Positions 47,401 through 56,945 of a stretch of DNA of 64,000 bases are shown piece by piece. A model generated the notes under the pieces. That model made no database searches. It saw only the letters and a list, made by a program, of their open reading frames with translations, and was not told the DNA's origin. A program made the translations under genes and the position numbers. Within the stretch, counting starts at the first letter, position 1; the number at the start of each line of letters is the position of its first letter. Source of the stretch: Ostrea edulis (taxonomy: Eukaryota); assembly GCF_947568905.1 (NCBI RefSeq), contig NC_079173.1:15190001-15254000 (forward strand), given 5' to 3'.

Positions 47401-49800
47401 TAGTGAACCACTCACGGGTAAACCGGACGTGGTTTGTCTAGACATTCTGTGATGTAGCATGGTGAAACTGGATGTTCTATATGTCATAGATAAACTGAAC
47501 ATTGTATGATGCGTCATAATAAAATTGAACATTCTGTGATTCATCATAAATAAACTGAACATGAATATATCTAAATGTAGAGATGAAGGCCACGACAAGA
47601 GATCTTTCTTCTCATTTAGAAGCTTTTTAATAAATTCTGCATTATAAGAATACAAAACCAAGTCAGCTAATAACGGAACACACTTTGTGTACATGGAAAT
47701 TAACAATGCTCATTTTCATTCGTATGTCGATTCGAAAATTTGATCATATGCAGAACATGCCCCAACATAAAAAAAATCAGTTGAGAGACATAAACACTAT
47801 AAGCAGGTGATAATCTATATGTACAGCTGAAGGACACAACAATGGATTTCTTTCTTCTCATGTAGAAGCTTTTGAATAAGGGAAATCGAAATAAAAGAAA
47901 CCACACAATCTTCCATATCTGCTTCATATTTTGATATTTTATTTGATATAGTGGCCAAAAGCAAACTAGTAACACAACTTTATGACACATAATATGATTT
48001 CAGCTACTCCATCCTCATTTTCCTATATATGTGTAGCAATATTCCATTATCACCTGCATACGGTGTTTATGTCTCTCAACTGATTTCATATAATAGGTAA
48101 GTTGATGATACCCTGAAGGGATTTCAACAGTCTCAGCATTTTGCAAACCATGTGGTCGTTAGAATGATCTAATTTGCAATTACAAGCTATCACTGGGTCG
48201 AATGCTATCTGATGTCTTTCCTACCAATTGTTAGGCTTTTCTTGAATAAGGATTACTCCGCTTACCTGATCAAGATATATGACTTACGGCGGGTATAACC
48301 TGTCAATAGCGAATGCTTATGTCTCTCATCTGATTCGATAACACAAGAACACAAGAGCATGTTCTGCGTATAGTCAATTTTTAAATCGAGGCAGGCTACT
48401 GACAAATAAGTTGATCTTACAGGAGTTTCAACAATCTCGTTTAAAGTTTCGCAAATTTTATGGTCGTTACAACGATCTAATATCATTAACAATACAACCT
48501 GTCATTGGGTAAAATATTGTCTGGCGTGTTTCATACCATTTTTAGGCCGTTCTTTACACACAGATTTTGACCAAGGATTATTTAGTTTACCCGATTGAGA
48601 TATAGGGCTCATGTGGGGTGTGACCGGTCATCAGGGGATGCTTACTCCTCCTAGGCATCGGCATCTGATCCCACCTCTGGTATACCCAGGGGTCCATGTT
48701 TGCCCTACTCTTTATTTTGTATTCTCTATAGGAGTTATGAGATTGACACTGCTCGCTATATTCACCTATGAAATTGATCATTGTTCGTTATATTCATTAG
48801 TTCTTATTGTCGCATAGCGTGCCACCACGTGTAATTTACTGATCCCATAATGACGCAGAGTCACCACGTGTAATTCTTAAATCAGTCAAATTTCGATTCG
48901 GTCATAAATCTTATTGATCTGTTTAGACTACGTGACATTTACCATTTATATCTAATTAACATACTAGATTGGTCTACATCACGATTTGCCACAAAGCGGT
49001 AATTAACACACTGGGTTAGTATACTGTGTACGGATAGGTCATGGTTTGCCATACAACAGTGATTAACATTCTAGGCTAATCTGCGATACAGATTGTCACA
49101 CAAAAGGTAATTAACACGCTAAGTAATGGTTTATTGCAGAGTAAAAACATACTTTTGAAAATGGATCCCACGTCACGTTCTATTCATCACGTGCTATTAT
49201 GTTGCAATGTACGTTATGACGTCATGTAAAACTTTCTATGTATCTGAATGTATGCAGTTTTTAATGCTTGGACTTGTTGTTTTAAAGGGATTTTTCGTGG
49301 CAATGGTGTTCTGTTTCCTTAATACTGAGGTAATTTTATTCATTTGTGATATCAAATTCATTATGCCTATTTACTGGTAATGAAAGTAAACTTTAATCAT
49401 ATTTTTTTTTGCATTTGAAAGTTTATAATACGTCATATTCCTCGCAAAATCTAAACGTATGTAATGTTTCAAACAAATATATCTAATAGAAAAAAAAACC
49501 GGTGACTCCATGGTGTTTTATATGCAAGGTGAAGATAACGAACAGTGAAAATACTTCTAGGTCATATCAAATCTCAGAAGAAGTTGGCGCCATCAGGTGC
49601 GAGACAGGTCATCATCATCCACAAAGCGTCTTAACCATACCATTCACCAAACTCTCTCCGTTAGATCAGACTATGACGTCACAAAAGACTATAATAGCCA
49701 ATCCAGACACTCCTTACTGGAGACAGGGCGGGAAACTGAAGAGATCGAACTGAAAGAAACATCGTTATTGAATGGATATAAATCTGTGTCATTAGAATAA
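11192..49800 (+). CDS. Class B1 GPCR, calcitonin/CGRP/DH31 receptor-like; join(11192..11227,33580..34045,37047..37123,38068..38159,38306..38459,43459..43670,44398..44464,44969..45051,45555..45690,49288..49329,49561..49800), 534 aa
   Basis: Exons join in frame with AG acceptors and GT donors (one GC donor). Hormone-receptor domain CGRVWDGWLCW...CP...C...GRW...C, HLNLF in TM2, WMFCEGVYLH in TM3, GW.VP in TM4, KAVKATFILIPLFG in TM6 and QGFFVAMVFCFLNTEV in TM7. Exon 1 is the least certain part. Confidence 0.9.
12098..12138. repeat. (CT)n microsatellite
   Basis: Visible. Confidence 0.95.
14698..15519. mobile_element. TTAA-flanked MITE
   Basis: ttaa|aactgtatggtccga ... tcggaccatacagctt|ttaa. Confidence 0.6.
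16794..16838. repeat. (CT)n microsatellite
   Basis: Visible. Confidence 0.95.
17553..17664. repeat. 28-bp tandem repeat x4
   Basis: catgtaatacatacttgtatatctattc. Confidence 0.9.
17936..18170 (+). mobile_element. SINE family A with internal deletion
   Basis: Same head, body and (atca)n tail. Confidence 0.85.
18200..18660. repeat. Degenerate tandem repeat built on ttttgactgtagtaaat
   Basis: Motif recurs about 7 times. Confidence 0.65.
21129..21292. other. Assembly gap (N run)
   Basis: 164 N. Confidence 0.99.
23246..23494 (-). mobile_element. SINE family B'
   Basis: Same head and tail on the - strand. Confidence 0.8.
25909..25952 (-). ncRNA. Minimal type-I hammerhead ribozyme, copy 1
   Basis: Minus strand reads GCATCA-CTGAAGA-GAC(attattt)GTC-GAAA-TGCGCA-TC-TGGTGC: intact CUGANGA/GAAA/UH core, paired stems I and II, palindromic stem III. 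Confidence 0.85.
26247..26290 (-). ncRNA. Minimal type-I hammerhead ribozyme, copy 2
   Basis: Identical 44-nt motif 338 nt from copy 1. Confidence 0.85.
27630..27835 (+). mobile_element. Penelope-like 3' terminal module
   Basis: Same module as at 7690. Further copies at ~10118-10195, 30580-30850, 38975-39090, 49522-49548 and 63198-63345. Confidence 0.65.
28186..29200. repeat. 19-bp degenerate minisatellite (gtgtatctagagagacttt), ~50 copies
   Basis: Directly visible 19-bp period around TCTAGA. Confidence 0.9.
29440..29688 (-). mobile_element. SINE family B'
   Basis: Same head and tail on the - strand. Confidence 0.8.
30359..30559 (+). mobile_element. SINE family A, 5'-truncated
   Basis: Starts mid-head; 11-bp TSD atgaatttgcc at 30348 and 30560. 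Confidence 0.85.
31967..33180. mobile_element. TTAA-flanked MITE (Kolobok-like) hosting a nested element
   Basis: ttaa|agggacatggacac ... gtgtccaatacccct|ttaa. Confidence 0.7.
32330..33015. mobile_element. Nested MITE with ~40-bp TIRs, CGTAA-rich interior
   Basis: ccttcacattcacggatttttcttacg vs cgtaagaaaaatccgtgagtgtgaagg; an extra internal copy of the right end at ~32440-32515. Confidence 0.75.
33580..34045 (+). CDS. GPCR exon 2: Cys-rich N-terminal extension plus first part of hormone-binding domain
   Basis: Acceptor ttcattatccttgtag; ISSQCSA...CCAAADTCCERQ...CGRVWDGWLCWDDG...CPLFVQYVMPS; donor C|gtaagt (phase 1). Confidence 0.88.
34130..35328 (-). mobile_element. Helentron-type non-autonomous element hosting the 34481 SINE
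   Basis: End motif caggtgatcgttaaggttcacgggcctcttgtt matches the reverse complement of the aacaagaggccc HINE terminus; left boundary approximate. Confidence 0.55.
34481..34793 (+). mobile_element. tRNA-derived SINE, family B (CORE/Deu-like body), full length
   Basis: gagaggttagagcg A box, ggttcgaatccc B box, caat tail; 12-bp TSD tcagactgaagt at 34469 and 34794. Confidence 0.85.
36404..36554 (+). mobile_element. SINE family A, 3'-truncated
   Basis: ggcctccgtggccgagtggttagagc...ccaggtacat. Confidence 0.8.
37047..37123 (+). CDS. GPCR exon 3 (RQAVRLCGADGRWIPKTDYSPCLKKE)
   Basis: tttcag acceptor; class B C..DG.W....Y..C motif; phases match both neighbours. Confidence 0.88.
38068..38159 (+). CDS. 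GPCR exon 4 (TM1)
   Basis: ttttcag|ELETTIFTGLGCSATSIVFLLPSIVIFLKY-AG|gtaagt. Confidence 0.92.
38306..38459 (+). CDS. GPCR exon 5 (ICL1, TM2, ECL1), ending in a GC donor
   Basis: RALRNQHRIRLHLNLFLSLMLKEVMAILWDLLV...IKNG then GGG|gcaagt; phase 0 matches the next exon. Confidence 0.88.
39177..41282 (+). repeat. 33-bp minisatellite, ~64 copies (gacgcgagtgttagtttatctgatgatgttagt)
   Basis: Period directly visible; lies in GPCR intron 5. Confidence 0.97.
42166..43210. mobile_element. Element bounded by 16-bp inverted repeat TTATATCATATACCTA
   Basis: ttatatcatataccta at 42166 and taggtatatgatataa at ~43195; flanked by palindromic elements. Confidence 0.55.
43459..43670 (+). CDS. GPCR exon 6 (TM3-TM4)
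   Basis: VGCKLLSFLKIYFKCCCYTWMFCEGVYLHRLMSNAFSPPRCLVPMYVFGWTVPLSSSAVYGLLRGIYNNE. Confidence 0.95.
43787..44107. mobile_element. TTAA-flanked MITE (Kolobok/piggyBac-type) with internal tRNA-like segment
   Basis: ttaa|GGAGGTAtgCTACAcC ... GatGTAGagTACCTCC|ttaa; related copy at ~6126-6611. Confidence 0.75.
44398..44464 (+). CDS. GPCR exon 7 (ECL2, start of TM5)
   Basis: tgtag|SCWAYGYKQLEWIFDGPNVLFLV|gtaaat. Confidence 0.92.
44969..45051 (+). CDS. GPCR exon 8 (TM5-ICL3)
   Basis: ttttcaag|LNLVFLTNILRILLTQLQSHPNEPGNF-AG|gtaggt. Confidence 0.92.
45555..45690 (+). CDS. GPCR exon 9 (TM6, ECL3, start of TM7)
   Basis: RKAVKATFILIPLFGIQLFVTMYRVPISVEGGLEYERVTVIVDHTQ|gtagga. Confidence 0.93.
45672..46800 (+). 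repeat. 46-bp minisatellite, ~24 copies (catagtcaaccatacacaggtaggaaaaacacaaaggtaatccgac), decaying to ~47460
   Basis: Directly visible; the first unit overlaps the end of GPCR exon 9. Confidence 0.95.
47560..48800. mobile_element. Scrambled, inverted Penelope-like RT fragments
   Basis: - strand TKCVPLLADLVLYSYNAEFIKKLLNEKK (~47570-47700) and a second IQKLLHEKK piece (~47770-47890); + strand SNIPLSPAYGVYVSQL from ~48030, running into the 3' module at 48560-48790. Confidence 0.7.
49288..49329 (+). CDS. GPCR exon 10: 42-nt TM7 exon (GFFVAMVFCFLNTE)
   Basis: tttaaag acceptor and gtaatt donor; a 14-codon phase-0 exon typical of class B GPCR genes. Confidence 0.93.
49561..49800 (+). CDS. GPCR exon 11 (helix 8, Ser/Thr-rich C-tail, stop)
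   Basis: cttctag|VISNLRRSWRHQVRDRSSSST...YKSVSLE*. Confidence 0.85.
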   Translation, partial: VISNLRRSWRHQVRDRSSSSTKRLNHTIHQTLSVRSDYDVTKDYNSQSRHSLLETGRETEEIELKETSLLNGYKSVSLE

Positions 49801-49952
49801 TTACAACTTAAGAGGAGATACAAGCTCAAAGTTATTTTTCGATTAATGTCAGTATTTGCCCCTAATGGCTTATTAATCTTTTCCCATTGAGCTTTAATTA
49901 CGCTATATCCATGAACCATTTCAAATTGATCTTGCCGATTCTATTGTTGCTG

Positions 49953-50085
49953 NNNNNNNNNNNNNNNNNNNNNNNNNNNNNNNNNNNNNNNNNNNNNNNN
50001 NNNNNNNNNNNNNNNNNNNNNNNNNNNNNNNNNNNNNNNNNNNNNNNNNNNNNNNNNNNNNNNNNNNNNNNNNNNNNNNNNNNNN
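49953..50085. other. Assembly gap (N run)
   Basis: 133 N, in the probable GPCR 3' UTR. Confidence 0.99.
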
Positions 50086-53000
50086 TGATGATCAGCTTTT
50101 AATAAATTGAAATTATGGAGGAAGCTGTTCGGTGCATTTGGACGAAAATAACAATGCAAAGGTAAATAAGAAACTGATATAGGCAGCTTTAATTCGGCAA
50201 GCAATTGAAATCTACATTGTAGTGTTTCTTTGAGGTTCAACGGAAATCACTCTACCAGGTAGGGCATTGCAACTACCTAACCTTTTAGGCGAGTCTTAGT
50301 AATTTATATCAATATTGTGAAATGTACGAATACCTTTTCCAATGCATGTTGCAATTTATGAACAATTTTTCACATACTACTATTCAATTCACATGTAATC
50401 GCCTTCGTAGTTTAGCAAATGATTTGCATAAACACACATTCTTCTGAAATAATTTCCGAACTTAACCTTTCACTGCAATTTAAACTTCAGACCTCGAAGC
50501 AGAAAAAAAAGTTCCATCGTAATCACTGATCCTCTGCGATGACTGACAGGCGAGCTTCGTGTCTTTGTCCTATTAAATGATCACTACATTCCCTGCCAAT
50601 CAAACTCTTTCTAACGTTTGTGGCATAGACAGGCGATTGATGATAAGAGCGACTTGAGCTAAATCAAGTGTCGGAAGGATTAGTTTAATCTGGTCCCCGG
50701 GGCACTCAAATCAGAGGAACGGGAATTACGGATCAATCTAGAGGCAGTCAGGAATGACAAGAGAGGATTGTTTATTGAATAAAGGCAACACGGTCGAGAC
50801 CTTCCGAGTTAATATGAATTGTCATATGTTCGTGAGCTGACGATATGAGATTTGTTCGGAGCGCTTAATGGGAGGTTGTTGGTGAATGTCTGTGATAACT
50901 ATATCTCTAGAATGTACTAATAGGACTTTAAAAGACATCCCGGCACTTAAACGTAAAATTGATTAACCTTTTCGAATCTAATTATATACTAGATGACAGT
51001 AGCTAATGGTTACCGGCAAACATCATTCATTTTCTGAAGTGCGAGGGTATTTACTACGCTCTGGGAAATTGTACGTCCTCGGCAAGTTATTTTTTCTTGG
51101 ACCAAGATATATTTTATTTTTACCCCCTTAAAGAAACTAGTCGAGTATACTCAATCGGCTTTGTGACTGATATTGCAGATGCAATTAAAACATTTTTGTT
51201 ACGCAATCCTTTGTCTTTTTAGGTTTTTATAAAAAGCTATAACCTTGTAGTGAAAAGATTACCCGTAGGTGTCCAATAAGTTGACAATTACTGTGCATTA
51301 TTTTTAATAAAGGACAGATACTGTCCGTTCTAAAAAAAAAAAATGAACAGCAATTGTCAACGTATTGGACACCTACAGGTAACCTTTTCACTACAAGTGG
51401 ATTTTCTCCTATATAAAAGCTTATAAAGACAAAGGATTGCGTAACAAAAATGTTTTAAGTACAACATAGTTTATCAACAACTAAAGGTAACAAGGGACGA
51501 TGCATAGGGAACCTAATATTTACATATAGTCATCAATACCATTATCATATTTATATCCATTTGCATACACCTTTCATAAATGAAAGTGTAATTCGTAAAA
51601 AAGATAAACAGATTTGTTCCATCTCGTACCAAATGTTAAGGTTCAAGAATATTCATATATTAGTAATCACATAAGAAGAAGAAAAAAGAGATTAAAAACC
51701 TTAATTCGTATGTAACACATATACCTGTGCATAATATGTAGACTCTCCATACATGAAATAGTCACAATACAATTTTATTTGAATTTGGAAACAGACAAGA
51801 ATTCTTGGATTTTCACTATTCATTGACCATATAATTTTGTTCAAGTCTTGTAGACAACTGAAATTAGAACATTCTTCATTTATTGCATTTAACATTACTA
51901 ATCGTTTAAATTAAACTGATCACAATACGATAGAAAACGCATTTCATATATTATATATAAAAATATAAGAAAAAGTGATCAAAAAGTAAGCTTTCTTACA
52001 ATTGCAAATTACATGCATAAAGGTCATATTTTGGCCATGCTCTCTTCCTGATCTAATGTAATTGGAGCCAATTGCACCAAATCAATATATATAGATAGAT
52101 AGATAGATCGATCGATAGATAGATAGATCTTAGTAGAAGAAAAATAATTTAGCGAGGTTGTATAATTTTTCTATAATGTCGTATATACCCTCGCAATAGA
52201 TTTCAATCTCTGATGTTTTAGAAAGGTTAAAATGGCGTTTTACATCGTGAGCTGGGTGGTATGAGTAACGGCTGTTAGATACGCGTACTTATGCAGCTTT
52301 ATTTAAACAAAGTGAAAAAGTTGAGATGTCATCTACTCTAGTATATTTACTCAGTGGATAAAATCGTTGATAAATGAATACATACAAAACCTGATCCAAA
52401 TTCTACGTTTTCAGTATTTGAGAATATTGTCAAAGATTATGACGTCATACTAGCAAACGCGACCAACTATATCTAGGTTTTCAAATGCCATAAATCGCGT
52501 TGAGACAATGGCGATGAAATATGGTGTTCTTAGCAGGTCACGTGTGCGTTTAGGGCAATTACGGACAAGAGTTAAAGTGCGAGGACGACGAAACGAAAGT
52601 ATAAAAGTTTCGAGGACTAAAAAGCGAAAACACTAAGACAACGAAGCGATATTTGTAATGCAAATTGAAAAGGCGGGAGTGCGAAATTGCGAAGAAATAA
52701 TATATGATCGTTCCGTCGGCTTCGCGTTTTGTTCCTGTTATTACGACCCCGCACTTTTGGATTTTCACCTTCAACGTGAAGGAGGGAAAGAGCAAGCGGA
52801 CTGATAAGAAACATATACATGATTGTATTAAAGGCATTGGCGGATGAATAAAGCGCTCCCTTACGTACACCTTAACCATTTCGGTAGTATTTCTCATTTA
52901 AATCAGATAGAATTAGATACTTTCAAAATTCTGTGGCAAATGAAAAATGAATATTTGTATTTCAAATAGCTAAGAAGAAGTTTAATTTCTTTGTTTCATA

Positions 53001-54034
53001 ATTTTACCAGATAATTAATACGCTGTACAGTGAATTTACAAAAGAGATGTGGAATAAAGTTTTGCATTGGAAAATCTTGAATTAAAATGACATATATTTT
53101 GTTGTTGATGTTTTTTTTTAATAAAAGTAAATTCTGCTGAAGGATAAACTGAATTTCTACAGAATTCTACGAAAACAACTCTTACAGACATCCATCAGTC
53201 CTGTAGCTGTGGTGTCGCGTGATAACCACGTGATAATTAATTCCCCGTGAAGTTATTTCATTATTCAAATTAACATTTTTGATTCGTAAAGTAATAACAG
53301 TTTGATGGTCAATGGCAAAAGTGATGAAAAAGGAGAAGATACAAATAGTACTTCAGTGATCAATCACAGAAAGTGGACGGACCCATGGTCTACATATATT
53401 GTTTCCTCCAGATGCCTTTTCTCTCCAAAGTTTTAATTTGGTGGTCACCGTCGACTGTTGGGGTTCATTGGCTGTCCATTTATACTCTCTTGGAAGTCTA
53501 GACTTGTACATCATAGCTGTATCGACTAGTCATCCAATTATCGCCGTTGCGGGATGAATGCGGAATGCAAGCTTTGAAAAATACAGTAGTTCTCCATGGA
53601 ATCAGTAACTCGGGGGTTTGAAAACAATCATATATGTACAGAAGCAGATTCAAATAAAATAAGATTTATCTAAATAAGAATGAACTAGAAATATTTATGT
53701 TTATGATATATTCAATGAATTAGATGACGGCACCATGGGAAAAGTTCAATATCCTCCCGTTCATATACATGTAGACCAGTCCAGACATTGAGCTTTAGTG
53801 GATCAGAGAATTAGTCAATATAATTAGCAATGAATATTGACGTACTATCACGAAAATTTCTTTGTCCCGGGCCACTTCCAAAGGGAAAATTCTTGGATCC
53901 GCTCATATTATGTGGCTGCAGTCGTTCTAACGGTAGGTCTGTCAACATATTACCGCATGTACAGGCGATAACACATATACAAGTATACAAGTACAATACG
54001 ACATATATATGTAAAAATACAAATAGGTAATAAC

Positions 54035-54036
<2 letters not shown>

Positions 54037-54110
<74 letters not shown>
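54037..54110. repeat. (TA)n microsatellite
   Basis: Visible. Confidence 0.95.
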
Positions 54111-54112
<2 letters not shown>

Positions 54113-55173
54113 ATATATTGAAGCATACACAGGACTAGTAACAAAATAAATACAAGTAATAACATACATACGTCCATATGAGTAGAGAATTCTCGAGTTT
54201 AACAACTACAATAACACACATTTAACATTGCAGGTAATAACACCAGTCATACATTGGTGATGACACGTCCCGTCGAGAATTTTTCTCTGAGATTGAGACG
54301 TCACGGTACTGCAAATTTAGACCTATGCTTAACCCTCAGGGCCGTAGCAGTGAGAGTTCTTTAAGTGACATATCTGCAGTGAGACAGGATCTCCGTTTAC
54401 AATCCGTCATCACCGTGTACAAATCGTATATGCATCCGGCATCGTCTAGGACCATCTGGCTTGGTGAAGCCAATCCTGGGGAAAAATTAAAATGTTTAAA
54501 TTTCCCCCCGGATCGTCCTGGAAGGAAATCTCCTGTATTGATCTGTGGGGATCGTGTAGGCTTTGTGTGCCTCCGTGTACATGTATCAACCGAGAGGTCC
54601 GTGTAGCCACCAAAGTATTCGTGTAACGTCCGGGGTCACCCGTGCACGAAACTGAAGAACACGGATGTCTACGGTTTGTACACGGATTGTTCCCGGTAAC
54701 TACACGAAGAGTCACGATGAACACAGGGGAGAGACCGTGATAATTCGTGTACATCCGCGTATCTCCGTGAAACAACCGTGGAAGGACCGGGAGGAACCGT
54801 GACCACCCGTACGCTCTGTGATCACACCAGCACCGACCGAAATTTCTTCTGGAGACATACAATGTACGGGTAGTTAACGTGCTTATCCGTAGGGAAACTA
54901 GCGTTTTCCGCGTCTGTATCGTGATAAGATCGTGTTGACATCGGCGTCATGACGTCACAGAAACCAAAAACGCCGGATCACCTGGATGACTAGAATTTTG
55001 CATCCGGTGTCGTCTGGCTGAAAGGGGCTAAAGACCGTATTGACAACCGGCATTATGACGTAACAGTACACAAAGACGCCGGATTACCCTGGATGACTAG
55101 AATTTTGCATTCGGCGTCGACCAGCTCCTGATCCATGAATGTATGAAAGGGGCTTTAGCTTTGATGCGCCAAT

Positions 55174-55242
55174 TGCACCAACGGGGCTCGAACTCGCGAC
55201 ATCCTGGTTAAGAAGCGAATGCTCTACCACTGAGCTACCGCG
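55174..55242 (-). pseudogene. tRNA-like sequence (SINE head or tRNA pseudogene)
   Basis: GGTAGCTCAGTGGTAGAGC A box and GTTCGAGCC B box are present, but the anticodon and T stems do not pair. Confidence 0.6.
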
Positions 55243-55649
55243 TCCAGTCCTACATATGAAAGGTAATGGATGTACATGTAACATGCGTAAAGGAAACAAC
55301 ACATATAAAGGTAATACAACGTATAAGTAATGATATACACACAGGCAATAGCAAGTATGCAGGAAAACACGTACAGAATAACAAATTGCTACGGTGGTAG
55401 TGCGATTTATTTCTGTACGATTTTCCGTGCGATATAAGGCGAGACTACCAATAACGTGTTTAAGTTTATATTATATACAGATATGGTGCCAATTTTAGCA
55501 CTTCACAAGCTCTCGTAAGAGGTCGGGTAAAACCCGTACGATGGTTGTGCGGAAATTGTTCGCACACCCTGCACGTATATAATATCTCTCGCGTTCTTTA
55601 CAAGTCTCTCTTGAAAATCTTATTAAGAAATCCTTGCGATAGCCTACAA

Positions 55650-56720
55650 TCCCCTTACGATTAATCTTTACATGCCCGTTGTTAGACGGGGACGTTTAAT
55701 GTTATGGCGCTGTCCGTGCATCCGTCCTTGTGTTCTTCCAAGGTCATTATTTTAGTAACGGATACATGTACAGCGTTAAATTTTCCCTTCAAAACGCGTA
55801 AGAGTGAGTTTGCATTTCAGATGAATTGGTGCACCGTAACCTACTTTAAGGCCAAAACTAGGTCAAACAGTTTTCCGGACTTTTTTCGTTACGGATACAG
55901 ATATTGTCCTGAAATTCAATTACAAGCTTCCTCTTGGATGAATACGAGTTCAGGTTGCATTTCAGCTGGATAAATGCATGCACCTTGACCTACTTAAGGA
56001 CTAAAAATAGGTCAAACAGTTTTCCGGACTTGTTTTCGTTATGGACATCCTCTCAGAGCAATACAAATATTGGTTTGCATTTCAGCTTAATTGGTGCATC
56101 TTGGCCTACTTTAGGGCTAAAAGTAGGTCATATAGTTTCCTGGGCTCATTATGGATACATATATTGCACTGAAAGTTTGCCATCACTGCCCGACGGGCGC
56201 ATGATGTACCGTTTGCGGTACTGTTGTTTCCCAGATGGCCTAACAACACGGTGCGTTTGCTGTACGATCAGCGCATTTCATCCGCGAAATGTCCGTGCGG
56301 AAATCGCGCAATAAATTGTACGATATGTGCATAGGTTACTGGCATTTGTATAATTGCATGGACTCTGAAGTCTACGCAGAAAATAGCTAAGCGAGGTTAA
56401 ACTTGATCCTATAGAGAAAATAATATTTCCCTATATATTCCCATGTAAAACTTTGACTTCCAATTGTGGACCCACCCTACTTCCAGGGACCACAATTTTA
56501 ACAAACTTGAATCTACACTACCAAGGGAAACTTACCTATCAGGCCTAATCATGGTCCTGTTGTACTTGAGAGGAAGATTCTTAAGGATTTTTCCTATATA
56601 CTTAATCTAGTATCCGCATGTAAAACTTTGATCTCCTATTGTGACCCCTCTCTACCTCCGGAAGGGAGGCGAAGAAACTTTAATCTACGCTATGCTCGTA
56701 TTTTGCTGCAGTGGTACAGA
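55650..56720. mobile_element. Helentron/HINE-like fragments with internal ~150-bp repeats
   Basis: gtccgtgcatccgtcc; repeated ggtcaaacagttttccggact; cccatgtaaaactttga repeats. Confidence 0.5.
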
Positions 56721-56777
56721 TGTACTTGAGAGATATGAGGGATTATATTACTGGGAACTAGGATTTTGTTTCGTTGG

Positions 56778-56945
56778 ATTGACTGATTGATGTTTTCCGC
56801 CACACTCAAAACAAATTTTCAGTTATCTGGTGGCGCCCAGTTTTTTATTGGTGGAAGAGAGAACCCAGATATAATATACCTGGGAAGAGACCACCCACCT
56901 TCCGCAAGTGAATTGGGAAACGTTCTCACTTACCGGCTCGAGCAG
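56778..56945 (-). mobile_element. SINE family A, 5'-truncated
   Basis: Body and (gatt)n tail match the family on the - strand. Confidence 0.78.

Noticed and set aside
49887-50240. ORFs spanning X runs
   Set aside because: Artefacts of the N gap.
53942-54205. ORFs with YIYIYI runs, and LSLSLS at 12029
   Set aside because: (TA)n and (CT)n microsatellite translations.
25440-55000. Scattered TGACGTCA (CRE) sites as cAMP feedback elements for the receptor
   Set aside because: Mostly inside repeats, with no clustering at a candidate promoter.
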